Part shown: positions 16,026 to 29,753 of the stretch, one piece after another
Numbering within the stretch: position 1 is the first letter of the stretch
How the letters are laid out: each line of letters begins with the position of its first letter
Assembly (NCBI RefSeq): GCF_000150275.1
Contig: NW_002060955.1
Location: 598,886 to 662,885 of the forward strand
DNA length: 64,000 nucleotides
Direction: 5' to 3'
DNA from: Trichoplax adhaerens
Lineage: Eukaryota > Animalia > Placozoa
Position numbers and translations under genes: made by a program
The notes under the pieces: generated by a model
What the model saw: only the letters and a program-made list of their open reading frames with translations
Told to the model about the DNA's origin: nothing
Databases searched by the model: none

Positions 16026-19000
16026 CTAATCTCGAAATAGTTTTATCAGTTCCGTAAAGATGCAGGCCAATAATATTTTGTCTGTACACTTTACTAACTG
16101 TGAGTCATCATCAATTATTTTTAAGTGGATGTTGGTATTCGGTTTATCATTAGAAGCTTTTAACGCTTGTTGATGAACATTAAAAGACGGATTAAGGTAA
16201 TTGGCAATTGCATCACTAGCAGCTTCAATTACTTTCTTGAAGGATGCACTCTCTAATATTTTAGGCCGTATAAAAGAATCATTTGGAAGGAATGATACAA
16301 CTAGTCGTAGAATTAATGCAAGCAATCTAAAATCCCTGCAAGTGAATGACAAAGTGACGTTAGTTACAAATTTAAAAAATCGAATTACGTACATGTTACG
16401 ATATATATATTAATTGATAAGGGTGGTTAACTATAGGACTACAACAACTAATATCACGTAAGTAATTACCTTGCAAAAATTTTAATATTAAAAGTTTTGC
16501 CATCAGATGTAAATATGGTGAAACGTAAGCCGGATGATCCAACGAGTGTTTTAGACATTGGTAACAGAGTGCTTTGTTTCTTATGATCTGATGTTGTCAA
16601 CGTTTCTTGAAGGTCATGGGACAACTTTAGTTTACCAATCATATTCTCAACGATATCATTGTTGTTGATGTGATTCAGGTGAACTAATAGCTATTAGAGT
16701 TATAAAAATGCATGACAGAATTTTATAATCGAAGCGAACTTAAACGGATACATCAAAAAGCACCAATAGAAATGTACGGAAGGGTGCAATGTTACTGTAC
16801 CTCAACTGCAACCTTGTTTATATTAGCTTCTGATAATTTTAAACAACTACAGATTTCGAGCTGAGGACTTGTAGAAATATGTTTTATAAAATCATCAGGT
16901 GTCAGTCTTATGGTACCACCGTAACAAATTAAGAAATTTCTAACTGTTTCTTCAGTAAAATCTTGCTTCAAAGCGCATAATATGTCAATGTCACAATAAT
17001 CAGTCAATATGAAATTTGGCAATTCCGTTACGGTTACGATTTGAACTTTCGTCCCAGGTTTAATCGAGTTGATTGTATCATCTTCGGTACTATTATCGGC
17101 TTCAGCAGATATTTTTTGCCTTTTGGCATCTAATTGGCAATGATTCAGTTTTGAAAACTGTTGATTCTATCACTTCATGCAGTTATATTGAACTAAGCAG
17201 AGTTGAAAAATAATACTTTTTCATTAACTAATGTTTACCAGAAGGAATTAAAGTTTCTTCAGTCTGTCGAATATTCGAAACGGGTAATGTGATCGTTGTT
17301 CGGCTTTCGTTATCATTACTTACTAGAACGATTGCTATTGATGAGAGATAGCTAATAGGAAAAGAGAATAGATTTTTATGAGCTGTTGGATAATATATAT
17401 TATTTTATTGAAGGTTTAGATATGATATAATACAGTACCTCTCTGATTTATTGTCTATTTCGAAGGCAATTATAAGTCGATCATCGGTAATAGTCCAATG
17501 CTTAATAGATATGATAACTTTACCAAGGTTTATTTTCGACGTTTTATTATCATTTGATCCTAATTCTTCAGATCCATCAATCAAGGTAAACAAATCTGTA
17601 GACTATAAGCAATATTATGAGTCAGTTACATGCGTAATCAGAGACCATTGCAATGTCTTTCATGCACTAGAAACCATGGAAGAGATTTTTATACAGTTAT
17701 GTAAGAAATTTAGAATTATTTTACAAGCTTCATACATCTACGACTGGAGACGGGGGCAACCCGTTTCCTATTTGTGAAACCAGTTGAAGTGTTTTAGCTG
17801 CAAAGTCTTGCTTCTGTTTTAATTTACAGCGTAATTCATGAAGCTGAGCAGCTAGATTCTGTGCAGGTAATGAGATAAATGTAAAATTTTAAAATCTATT
17901 TTAATGTCAGATATCTTTTTAAACTACAACGACCGTTTGGATATAGTTAATATCCGAGGCTGTACCATTGGAATAACCAAATATTTATACCTGTATCCTA
18001 GCATCCAACGCTTTAATTGCCATAATTTGTCCAGGATATTTTACCGACTTACTTTCTGCATGCTCTTGATTGACAGATTCCTAAAAATTTTCAATAACAT
18101 TACTAATAAATATAGGAGTTAACGTGGTTATAACGTCTTAAATACCTCAGATTTTCTAGAAATGAAGTCATTTAAATCCAGAAGAGCATAGTGTTCGTTG
18201 AAATTTTTAATCCCTGTGATGTTGTATGTAGCAGGAAAAAATTAGTTAGAAAATAAGAAAATAGACAGTAAGATAACTAAGATGACAATTAAAGTTATAA
18301 TAAATTTATAATTAGCAATTATAGAACAAATTTTTTAATAATTTAAACCGATAAAGTTTGAATGGGAGAGAATCGACTCCTGATTACGAGAATACATAAA
18401 CAAGAAAAGAAAGAAATTTGTTTCCTTTACAAGTATAAAATATAACCTGGATAATCTTCAAACAAGAAAAGAATTTGATCGTGACCAAGACCAGCAAAAT
18501 CGTCTATAAGTACATGCCTAACGTTGCTCCTATTTTCAATAATCTACAAAGTTCATTTAGAATAACAATTACTTTAAGTATTGATTTGTTGGATGATGTT
18601 CCTATTCTGCATCTATATCATTTCAAATTGAAAGATAGAATGCAAAGTAGCACCTGCTGAGTTTGATGGTTAATAATGCAAATGTGGTCATCAGCAGATT
18701 TAATCCATATATAATTATTACCTTCAATCTAATGTGAAAGAATAAGATTGTAAGGCAAAGATAAATGGTAGTTAACATTGTGTTAAAACAATGATTTCAT
18801 CAAGCTGTTGGTACCTAGCTTACCATTACACATGCTACATCTATCGCATTACCGAAAGGAATTTTATACAGTCTAACAAGCTTAGCATGCAAGAATTCAA
18901 CAAGTTGGCATTGACTTGTACAAGCAAAGATGATATAATTTGTATCACTAGTATTCATCCTATTGGCTGTATAGGATTTAGTTAATACTTGTAGCTGGTG

Positions 19001-19804
19001 AAGGTCGGAAACCAACGTAAAGCACGTTAAGATATTGCAATAAATATCAGGAATGATGCTATCTGAATCGAGTACGGTTGGAGTAGTAGTTTCGATGTTT
19101 AAGTTTATTGATTGCAGTTTGTAACATTTCTGTTTTGCTGAAGAAGGGCACGATGGGTTGGAACTCATTTCTACTTTACCGATTGCATCTATAGGATGTT
19201 TGGTATTTAAATTGAACGATTGTAAAAAGCAACAATATCGAGGCAATTGGAGGTCAGTATGACTGGCATGGTCAACAACTGGAGTAGAAAGTTGACGTTG
19301 GCCAAGAAAAGGATTATTCAATTGATGAATCTGGTGTGAGCCATTTTCATGATTAAGATCATGCTTAAGGATAGTTATTGTGGATGAATCAATAAGATAA
19401 ATGGAAGGTCCATTCAAGATCGCGATTTGGATATTTTTATCCCACAGAAATTGAGGAATAAACCAACGACGAATCGGTACAAGACGAGGTTGATCCACCA
19501 GCTCAACCTGTATTAGGTAGCATGTTGCTGAAGCATGATCGTTTTGCTGCAATAATGCTAAGTAACATTTTTGAGTGTGCGTTAAGTAATCGAGGACATT
19601 GTTCGCCGTATTTATTATTTGGCTATGGCAAGAGCTATTTTCCCAACTTAAAGAATAACTTTGGCCATAGCAATTCCACTGGACGCCATGATATAATTGA
19701 AAACATTGCAACGTAATTTGCACGTTCTTATTGTCGTTTTGATTGAATGTAAAGTGCAGCAAGAATCCACAATAACTTGAAATGAAAGCCGATGATGGCG
19801 CCAT
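16026..19804 (-). CDS. FANCB: Fanconi anemia group B protein homologue, spliced
   Basis: Large first exon 18824-19804 with IAILNGPSIYL, IIPDIYCNILT, CTSQCQLVEF...KIPFGNA. Exon 18447-18543 HVLIDDFAGLGHDQILFLFED matches the FANCB VLIDDFxGxGxxQVLLLF motif. Further exons 18654-18728, ~18145-18212, ~17991-18080, ~17760-17858 (coiled coil), ~17440-17596, ~17238-17350, ~16800-17145, ~16470-16690, ~16026-16335; internal 3' boundaries are approximate. Confidence 0.85.
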
Positions 19805-20730
19805 TATAGTAATAGTGATTCTATTTTTCTTCCTGACATTGTTGGATTAGTAAACGACTATTTAAGATATTATTTAGAGCAATATCACGTAGAAATTCGA
19901 TGATTACCATGTTTGCATTTCAAATTGTGCATGATTGGGCAATGTGTTGGACTGGCGAGCGTTGCTTGGGTGCTCATTTGTTAGATGACATCCGATTGGA
20001 GCATTTTGTTGCTATTGCGCATAGCTGTACGAGTATGCTGCCTATGATACACTATAAAGATATTGGCGTTGAGGGTTGTGTGCAAAATGACCTGTCACCC
20101 TTAGCATAGCCTATCCGAAAGTACTGTATCTAGTGGCAATCCACCCACAGCGTTCAAATGTCTGTTTACCTTATTACAGTATAAGCTGATAGACGTTGAA
20201 ATGTGTTTAGTTTACGTTAGTAAAAGAGAAGACAGTGTGTACATTGTACAGTATATAGTATCCATCTCGTATTCATTGGATGTCGTGATCTCCATTGGTC
20301 CAGGCGCATAGTCAGTGGTGCAATAACTTTAACTGCAGGTTGCGACTTTAGGCCTCAAAGTAAATCTGTAGCACTGTACAAGGTATATTAATAGCTGTCA
20401 GTTTAGTTTAAGTTTTTATTTCTACTGCACGATATTGTGCATCATAGTGTATAGCGCTGCGTAAAATAAGGATAGCTTCCCATCCCCTAGACTGTAATAA
20501 TGGATATCCGTACTGCACATATAGTTGTCGCTAGAGTCGTTGTTTGCAATCCCTAACCCTTCGAGCTTAGAAGGGATGTATACTGTACATTGATACAATA
20601 TACTGTACTGTACTGCACTTGTATTTTGATTTTAATGCATTAGCAAATCAAGTTAAAGTTATCGTTTTTGATAACCACAGCACATTCTATATTGTACTGA
20701 GCTCTTCCATCAGGTCTTCTTACAAGCCTA

Positions 20731-21510
20731 GGGCCAGATCGACATTCAAATGGTGTAAATATTCTTGGGTATAGCTAGCCTTCGACTGAAGACTCAGTGA
20801 AGAGCTGATATTTAAACTACAGAATATACAGTAAAGCTTTTATTTTGGGTTGCATACTGCTATCGTTCGAGCACCTATCTGATGCTGCATAGAATGCACA
20901 CATCATAGTGCAGCTCATATTACGTAAAACTACAGAGGGGCCAGATCGACATTCAAATACTGTAAATATTCTTGGGTACAGCTAGCCTTCGACTGAAGAC
21001 CCAGAGAAGACCTGATATTTAATCTACAGAATATAAAGCTTTCATTTTTGGTTGCATACTGCTATCTGATACTGCATAGAATGCACACATCATAGTGCAG
21101 CTCATATTACGTAAAACTACAGAGGGGTCAGATCGACATTCAAATACTGTAAATATTCTTGGGTACAGCTAGCCTTCGACTGAAGACCCAGAGAAGACCT
21201 GATATTTAATCTACAGAATATAAAGCTTTCATTTTTGGTTGCATACTGCTATCTGATACTGCATAGAATGCACACATCATAGTGCAGCTCATATTACGTA
21301 AAACTACAGAAGGGCCAGATCGACATTCAAATACTGTAAATATTCTTGGGTACAGCTAGCCTTCGACTGAAGACTCAGTGAAAAGCAGATCTTTAATCTG
21401 CAGAATATAAAGCTTTCATTTTTGGCTGCATACTGCTACCATTCGAGCACGTATCGGATGCTGCATAGAATGCTCACATCATAGTGCAGCTCATATTACG
21501 CCAAGCTGCA
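20731..21510. repeat. Tandem array, 4 units of ~187-207 bp, between the divergent FANCB and PLK4 genes
   Basis: GGGCCAGATCGACATTCAAAT... starts at 20731, 20938, 21125, 21312; the two inner copies are nearly identical. Confidence 0.95.
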
Positions 21511-21822
21511 GACCATTTATGGCTTAAAAGGAAGTAAAATAGCACGTACAAGGTGTTCAATTTTTCAATTTTCTTTCGAACAGGTCTGTCATGGAATGGC
21601 AAGTCGACGATTCGCTTGATCATTTTAGTTGTACTCCACGTCTGTAGGCGTACACTATAAAGTTTCGTAAGCGATCACCTCCAGACCGGGAAAGCACAAG
21701 CAGCTGGTTGCATCGAGTGTACTACAGTACAGTATAATGTATGATTTCAATGATACGGTACAGCAAAATGACCAGCAAAGTAGCCGGCTTGCACATTTTT
21801 AACAAGGAACGATCGTTTCCCG

Positions 21823-21843
21823 TCTCTCTCTCTCTCTCTCTCT
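21823..21843. repeat. (TC)n microsatellite
   Basis: tctctctctctctctctctct. Confidence 0.9.
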
Positions 21844-22189
21844 TTAATTAGCCATAAACTACTAAAAGCAATCAATTCTGGATTTAGCAGTCCATGCTTT
21901 CCCTTCCAGTCACCTTCTAAAGTAGTCAAATGGCCTACACTCATCCCAAAAGCATGGACTACTGGAAAAAGACGATCAACATTTTCTAGCGTCCACGCCT
22001 GGCTTGCCTTGCCATCTTGGCTGTTGGTAGTACAGTGTATCATTTCAGTCATCCGGTACAATAAAAATGACCCATTAAAAAAGAGCTAGCCTCCGTCCTC
22101 TTGGCCATGTAGGCATCTCCCGTCCTTCCGTACATCAGTCCAAATCGTTTTCAACTCCAGCTGGCCGTATGGTCAGCTGATCACCTAGG

Positions 22190-22330
22190 CTTTGTCTTCC
22201 ATCGTACCACGTGACCTACGACGGTTACCAATGTAACACAAAAGGCAAAAGCGCGCGTTTTCCTTGCGGCTAGCCATTTCTCTCCGTGATTCCTTCTCTT
22301 TTGGCTCCTTTGCATTTTCATCATCGATTG
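22190..22330 (+). promoter_or_regulatory. Possible PLK4 promoter region
   Basis: Locally CpG-rich patch with CACGTG (~22208), CCAAT (~22228) and AAAAGCGCGCGTTTT (~22247), followed by a pyrimidine tract and splice-like sites. Position-based inference only. Confidence 0.3.
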
Positions 22331-23229
22331 CTACGACCATGTTATTCGAGCCATTAGGCTAGGAAAGATTGATTATTTTATGGTTGATAGGATTAACTTG
22401 TTATTGGCTGTTGAAATTGAGTGAAAAATTGTATTCTTTGACAGTTTGAGGCTTGGCAAGCGACCATGCAGTGGCCAACACTGCTAACGTTGATGACGAT
22501 AGCAAGACAAGCGTAGGTTAATTTTTCCTCTAGCTCTGTCGTCCATTTCTTCCTTGTATGAGAGCCTTACTACAGGGAATTGGGTTCATTGAGCCTTGTG
22601 GTTTATTCTTATTATATCATTCATAGTAAAACGATCATTATCAAGATTCTTACTGGCGTTATTAACCAACAGTTTGTGCTTAAATCGTTTATTCGATTAC
22701 ACGATCATCATACCAATTGAAACGAGCAACAGGGTCCTCTTGCTACGCTATTACGACGCTATTGGAGTAGACTTTGCTTATTTATTTGTTATTATTATTA
22801 TTATCCATGCCAACTTGCCCTTGATCTTCAAACTTCATCATGACTAATGCAATGATTGGTATGGGCAATTCAATTGAGGTAAGATCAAACTTGATACAAA
22901 TCGCAATTGCGAAATCATCCATCAACATCAGTGATATGGATGACTTTGCCCAAGCTTTTTGCCTTCGAATTTCTTGATTGCAACCAAAGCTAGCTATGAC
23001 ACTGGGCACTAATTCATTGACGACAGCTTCTTCACCAAAATATACACTAGATTCCTTTACTATTTTATTTCTATGTCGATAAAAGTCTTTGCCACAACAG
23101 TCAGTTATTGATGGATTAAAGTTATAACCTTGCACTGTTATACAAGCCCAATTTACAGTCACCAAAATGTTGATACTGTCCTTGTCACCTTAAAGTCTGA
23201 CCAATTACCTGCTTAAACTTTTTATCGAC

Positions 23230-23672
23230 ACTAATGCTTGCTAAAGAGAATCAATAACAGATATCTTCTAGCGGAACAGTGTTAATATAATAACTGCTAC
23301 CAATTACAATAACTGGGAAAAAAAACTGTAGTTAGACTAACTGCCCTACCTGCTCAGTAAAGTACTTTCCTATTCAAGCGATATGCTCGAGCTAATCCTC
23401 CTGTTAGAGAATAAGTTACTGAGATACTGGATCATTATAATCTTCGTGCGAGAGAATAAATTACAGAGCTCAAGAGGACTAGCAAGAGTTCATAGTTTGC
23501 AAATTATAATTAATAATCGTTATTGTCATCGTTCACTCGTTCCTCAGTAAATGGTATCAATTGCAAAAGCTAAAGTACGAGCTGTAGTTAAACTAACTAC
23601 CTTACTCATGATTTATTTTTATAAATACTAATGCTTGCATGAGAGATAAATTACAGAGCTCAAGAGGACTAA
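23230..23672. repeat. Short dispersed direct repeats (GAGA[A]TAAATTACAGAGCTCAAGAGGACTA; ACTAATGCTTGC)
   Basis: ~30-bp match at ~23452 and ~23643; ACTAATGCTTGC at ~23230 and ~23627. Confidence 0.7.
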
Positions 23673-24405
23673 AAATATTAGATCATACGTCAATAAAACT
23701 AATGAATAATCTTCAATATTCCCGTTAATTATCACCTTTGCTATGAAGTATATCACTATACGCGTAGGGAGGATGTTGATTACCATGACCGAATGCTATT
23801 GATATCATTTTGCATCCTGTCTTAAGGCCTGGATAGTCTAGGCGACATTGTTTAGTCTATATTTATAAAATACCCTTACTAAAGCGATAAAGTTTTCCCA
23901 TCGTCACGATTTCTAATCCTGTCTATGAATGAATTTGGGATTTTATTTGAATGTCGTACTTAGAATAGAATTAGAGAAGTAGCGGCTTGGACAAAATTCA
24001 ATCTCAATGATGGACTTATAGTACTGTACGTGCTCATTCTTTGCCATTAATGCAAGTACATCACAACAGCAAAACTTGTAGTTTCATGGAATTATACCTA
24101 CGATCACGTTATCATCGAAATTGGGTGCCTCAGTTAGTACTAGTCCTAGTAGAAGTTTTTTGCTTCTTTTACATCTGACACTCTAGATTCTGGCCAAGTC
24201 ATGATTGCATAGCCCAGATGTTGTGATGAAATAGTTTTCGTAATACTTTATCGGTAGTCTATAATAATTGCCGCTATTTGAGAAAATTGATGATATGCCT
24301 AAATGAATCATTGTTACTGCAATTGAAAAAAGAGGCGTGCTATTCAAGTTTTTTATAAAATAGTAAGGATGTGATCATTGACAATGATCAATTCTCTGTT
24401 TACAG

Positions 24406-27400
24406 GATTATCAGGTTCTAGAATTGCTCGGCAAAGGTGGCTTTGGATGCGTCTATAAAGGTAAATCGAAAGTAACTGGTCAATTAGTTGCTGTGAAAAT
24501 GATTGATAAGCAAAAGGCTATCGACGCGGACATGATTGCAAGAGTTGTTAAGGAAGTAGAAATACACTGTCAATTAAAGCATCCATCCATAGTAGAGGTT
24601 AGTAGGATAATCATCTTAATGCGTAATCGACATTTTCTGTTGTAACTAAATCTAAGTAACTCATCAAACTGAAATGATGCACTGATTGTACGTATCGGTA
24701 AATACATTACCTTGAAAAACAATTAAAAAAAAACTTGGATTAAGAATGGCTGTTTAACATAACTAATGCTACCGTTTATTTGCAGTTATACAACTACTTC
24801 GAGGATAGCAATTATGTGTACTTGATAATGGAACTATGTGAAAAAGGAGAATTCCAGCACCATTTGAAAGCTAAGGGAAAGATAGCCGAAGATCAAGGTT
24901 AATAATGCTATAAAACTGATCCCACTGAGAACCTGTTACTGCATACTTCTCAAGAAGAAATTGGTTGTAATCATCTAATAAATAAGAAAATGAGTTGACA
25001 ACTATTTTTGTTGTTTATTATTTTTGTTAGCACGTCGATTTTTAGCCCAAATTGTAAAAGGTCTCCTTTACCTACATTCGCATGACATAGTCCATCGGGA
25101 TCTTAGTTTATCAAATCTATTACTAACAAATGACTTGGATGTGGTTCGTATCAGTACTTATCCGTAACTTCAATTGTAGATTTGTTATATCTAGTAGTGG
25201 TCTACTTATTGTTAACAGAAGGATAGCACAGCGGTGTATCAACACCAAAACTAGGTCTTTATGCTTATAATTATTCATTTATAGAAAATTTCCGACTTTG
25301 GCCTCGCAACGAAACTAGCTGTCCGAGGAGAGACTCATCTCACAATGTGTGGCACGCCAAACTATATATCACCGTATGTAAAATAGATTAGCCCTAAATT
25401 CAATATAGTTTATCGATGTTGATTACAATATAAATATAAAGATGTCATGCGGTATCTTGTTTAAAATTAGTAAATTGGTTAACTGGTTTCAAAGTAAAGT
25501 GGTGTTTTTAATATATGCAATTTTTGTTTAAATAATAGTGAAATAGCTAACCGATCACCCCACGGACTAGAGTCTGATGTTTGGTCTCTTGGCTGTATCT
25601 TGTATACCTTCTTAGTTGGCAAACCACCATTTGATACTAAAGCTATACGAACCACTCTAAATAAAGTTGTTTCTGGAAGTTATACTATACCTCCGTAAGA
25701 ATAACTGTAAACTCTGTCGTTAATATGTATCATGTTCAAGAGTGATTATGATGTAATTGTAGATTTTCTTTTTAATACATGCCTGGATCTAATCTGTATT
25801 ATGTGATAATCAGCCATCTCTGTGCAGAATCTGAGGATTTAATAAATCGACTCTTACAACAGGTGCGTAGCATCCAAACAACTATTGTTTCCTAATGACC
25901 AAGATCAAATTTATGTTTGTTTTTATCTAAAATTTAACTTTATGCTTTATGCATTGCAGGATCCACTGAAAAGGATTCCTTTACAAGGTCTGTTTGACTA
26001 GCTACATGTAATTAGTATTTCATAAATCTTTATATGGTAGATATGCTGATTATAAACAAGTCTTTTCAAATCGTACATATACCCGCATATATAGACATCC
26101 TGGAGCATCCATTTATGAATCCTAATAAAAGTAGCAAAAGCATAAATGATGGCTATAACGTAAGTTTGCAAGTTAACCCGCAAGTAATTATCTTCCTATG
26201 TTAATCAAATTTCAAGCAAATTATTCTGATACGTAATCTGCTATTCGGCAGCATTTAGATGCATCTGCAGATAGTGGCAATGATACTTTACGGACAATGT
26301 CTACGGGAAATGAACAACGTTCTATTAGTGGAAATTCGTCACATCGTTTATTTAAATCGGCTTTATCGGAACACAGTGATCGCAGTATTAAAACACCCGT
26401 GATTACGTAAGGAGTCGATAAAATTTATCTATTGTCGATTTTTATGAACTTAAGTTTTACTAGCATGGATATTTTCTTTCTATACAGAAAAGATACTGTA
26501 CCCTATCATCCGGTAATCCATCCTTCGTTAAGTTCAAGTCCTAATAATGACCAACAATACACGCGGAACGGTTACAGCTTTCGTAGCGATACAGCTGTTG
26601 TTACAAATCAGCATGTACGCAAGAAGCAACAGTTAAAAACCTCGTACGTATCTGATGCTAATTCATATCACTCACATGGTAAGTTGCCAATCAACAAGAA
26701 GAATTCAGTTCAAAAGCTTAGACATACCTATGAGAATAAGGGAAATGAAAGGGATAAAGGAAGAAAAGTAAATTCCATTAAACCACTAAATACGTGGCGT
26801 TTAAAATCAGTTAGGATTAGAAAGGACGATATCGTGGTATGTTGTACTATATCCTACGGTATCATTTCCAAAAATTATATATCATTGATCAATATCAGTT
26901 GTATAGCTTTACATTTTAGAATAATATATAGTAATTTATGTTTACTACAGTATAGCATTTTAAACGACGGGCGTGTTCGCCTGGAATGGTTAAGTAGAGT
27001 CGGCAGTGGAGCATACTCTGTTCAAGGACTTTTTGAAATTTCGCAGAATGGCACCGATATTACTGTTTACTCTGCAAAGAGAAACGCCTGTGGCGTATCA
27101 TTTACTGATAATCCATCAGTTAACTTTTCATCACTATGCTCCGTTTATGAACAACGTTGTTACAATTTAACCTCTTTGCCGAGACCATATTTTAGATATT
27201 ACCGGATGGCAACCGATTTTGTTAGCGAAGTTAAGGCAAAAACTGTCAAGGTATATGTTCTTTGAATATTACTTAATGTCTGTTACATGATACAAAAGTA
27301 GGACTCGTAGTCAATTTATGCTCTTGCATGCGTCTAGATAATGTTGTATGCTACTGATGCTAAATGCGAACTAATGGAAAATTCTGTATGTGGCGTTACG

Positions 27401-28093
27401 TTTTATCACGGTACGTTGAACATTACGTAGCTTTACTGAAGATTGCAAAATTTCAAACAATTGTTCGGGAAGTGAGATGCCTCGGATAATGTCACTGTAT
27501 GATATAGATGCAGCTTGCTGCTCCTATTAATGCAGTAATAAATGAATACATTATTCGACCTGAAATCTTCCTATAGAAATTTAAGGAAATTTCTCTGACT
27601 ATGCTACTATTGAGTTCAATTAGTATGGTCCGTTCATTTCTTTACAGAGTATTGTTGTCAAAGTATTTTCGTCAGAAACTGCTAAGTAGGAGTCAGATCA
27701 CTACCGAATATAAAAATTTACGTCTGTGTGATAAAAAGTTGTAACTTACTTGTAAGCTGGATTCGTATAACCTGTTCTTAAACCTTTTTAGGCATTACAT
27801 TTATTATAAAACCTGGAGATTGTTGCAAAATTAAGACTAGTACCGGGCAAATCTATGTAGCCAAAGATGATAGAGATGTCCAAATCTTACCTGATGCTCT
27901 ACGCTCTATGTATAAACAAGCGATGAATCATTACTACCGTAGTAAAGCCATCGAAAAAGTAATCAGCTCACTAGATAGTAGCTATTTGCCTATTTTCCCT
28001 ATCATATGCGGCAAACTTCCAACCTCTATATCGTCGAGACAGTATTCGAATTTAAATTTGCATGGCAAAGTTTTTAAAGCTGGTCTGTCGTAG
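24406..28093 (+). CDS. PLK4: Polo-like kinase 4 (SAK): kinase domain plus cryptic polo boxes PB1-PB2; short first coding exon not located
   Basis: Exons (approx.) 24406-24597, 24786-24897, 25031-25143, 25284-25373, 25539-25694, 25814-25862, 25960-25987, 26095-26160, 26259-26406, 26488-26836, 26951-27250, 27338-27410, 27792-28093. Motifs [107 protein letters not shown] are typical of PLK4. Confidence 0.95.
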
Positions 28094-29753
28094 TTTTTTG
28101 ACTGACGGTAATGCGAACGGAAAAAACATCTATGATAAAAAGGTTCCTTCACTTGAGACCGCATCAGCTTTCACGGGACTTTTATCTGAATAATATGGGT
28201 ATTTCCGTGTGGTACGAGTTCGGGTATCCCAAGTCGTGCGTGATTCAGACCTTAAATAGCTAGCCACTGCTCCAGCTTGTGCGCAGCTTAATATTGGGTG
28301 AGGTGGAGTTTGGGTGCGGTTGATATCATTTTACCGTGTTTTGTATATATCGTTGTATAGACTGCATTGATAAATATTTTTTTCGGTGCACGATTATGTA
28401 TTGATCATCATTTGCCATTAATATTACAGTAGTGCTTTTCAGTGCAAAGGCTATAAATATTATTAGGGAGCCTTTTTCTCGCTGATTTGTGCTGTCCATG
28501 GCAGACAGAAGTGGAATTGGGCATTATTGCAATTATATGTTACAAATTTTTTAAATTATTTCCAGAGATTAAGAATATTAAATTTAATGTAAATTTGTAA
28601 GTAAGATATCACTAGCACTTTTTTTAGATTCTGCTTTCATTTCGACTAGATTTTACTCGGATAGACGCTACATTTGGTAATGTAGGCATTTACTTAGATA
28701 TTTCGGAACGCTGTGGTTATAAAATATATATATGTACGATCGTAAGTCTACTCATATATCGTTGATTGATGTTAAACGATACTAAGTATCGCTATTCTAT
28801 GGTAGACAAACTTGACAAATTGATATCGGATTATGAGAATTAGAATTACTCAAATAGTTTACTTCTCAAACTTTGATATTTAGTCATCTGATGACACCGT
28901 GGTTTCTAGCTTCCGTAGATGAGGCATTCTTGATAATAATTGTACAGAATATGTAATGATTTATTCAATTGCGTTACAATATTATTTAAAGTTTATATTG
29001 ATGTAAAAATTTTAATTGGCATTTCTGCCCTTTCTTGGACAGTTGGATTTTTAGACGTCTGTAAATAGTAAAATATTGACATTTGTTATAAATCAATTTT
29101 TTTGGAGCATATAATTCTCCGATAACAAAAACTTGAGCTGCTAGTAGCCGATATTTTATATATTTTACATTAAATCTAATATATGTCTATGTTAGCTCGA
29201 CCTATGAGTAGAAAAATAAAGATTCGAAAGTGTAACCATCTGATAAAAGTACTAGCATGGAATTCCTGCGAAAATAATCAATAGCAGCTTTGAATGTACT
29301 GGAATTATCCGATCAGGCTGAATTACTATGTATTGGTCTAGTCTTTATTCCTATCTGATTTTCAAAAAGTAGACATCTATTAAATTGGTGGTTTACCACC
29401 TGAAGAGTATTAACAGGGGTTTATCTTGTCCTATGTTGCAAAGTTGTACATGGTAGTTCCCATCGAATCAGATCAATTCCGCCTTAGCAGTAATTGCAGT
29501 TATAGTATTTGCATCCACTTACAAAATCAATTTTATCCGATCAAAATTGTAGAAATCAAGCGGATCATTAATATTTCGAAGGTACGGAAACAGGAAGAAT
29601 ATTCGTACATTTCATTTAGCTTGTTCATTCGATAAATGATGTTGTGCAATGCCCTCAAGTAACGAAAAGTAGTTGTTTACATAAGTTATCAGCTTTGAAA
29701 TTTGTGATCAAGGCCGCCAGATTCAGTCTAGCATAATACGCTGAGTCATTAAG

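Noticed and set aside
21360-21405. Hammerhead-like CTGAAGA...GAAA in the FANCB-PLK4 array
   Set aside because: No G-C closed stem II and no NUH closing stem III; GAAA is present in only one copy.
21747-23165. ORFs 21747..22061, 22596..22847, 22782..23165 as separate genes
   Set aside because: No motifs or convincing splice structure; they include microsatellite-derived sequence and lie in the presumed PLK4 5' region.
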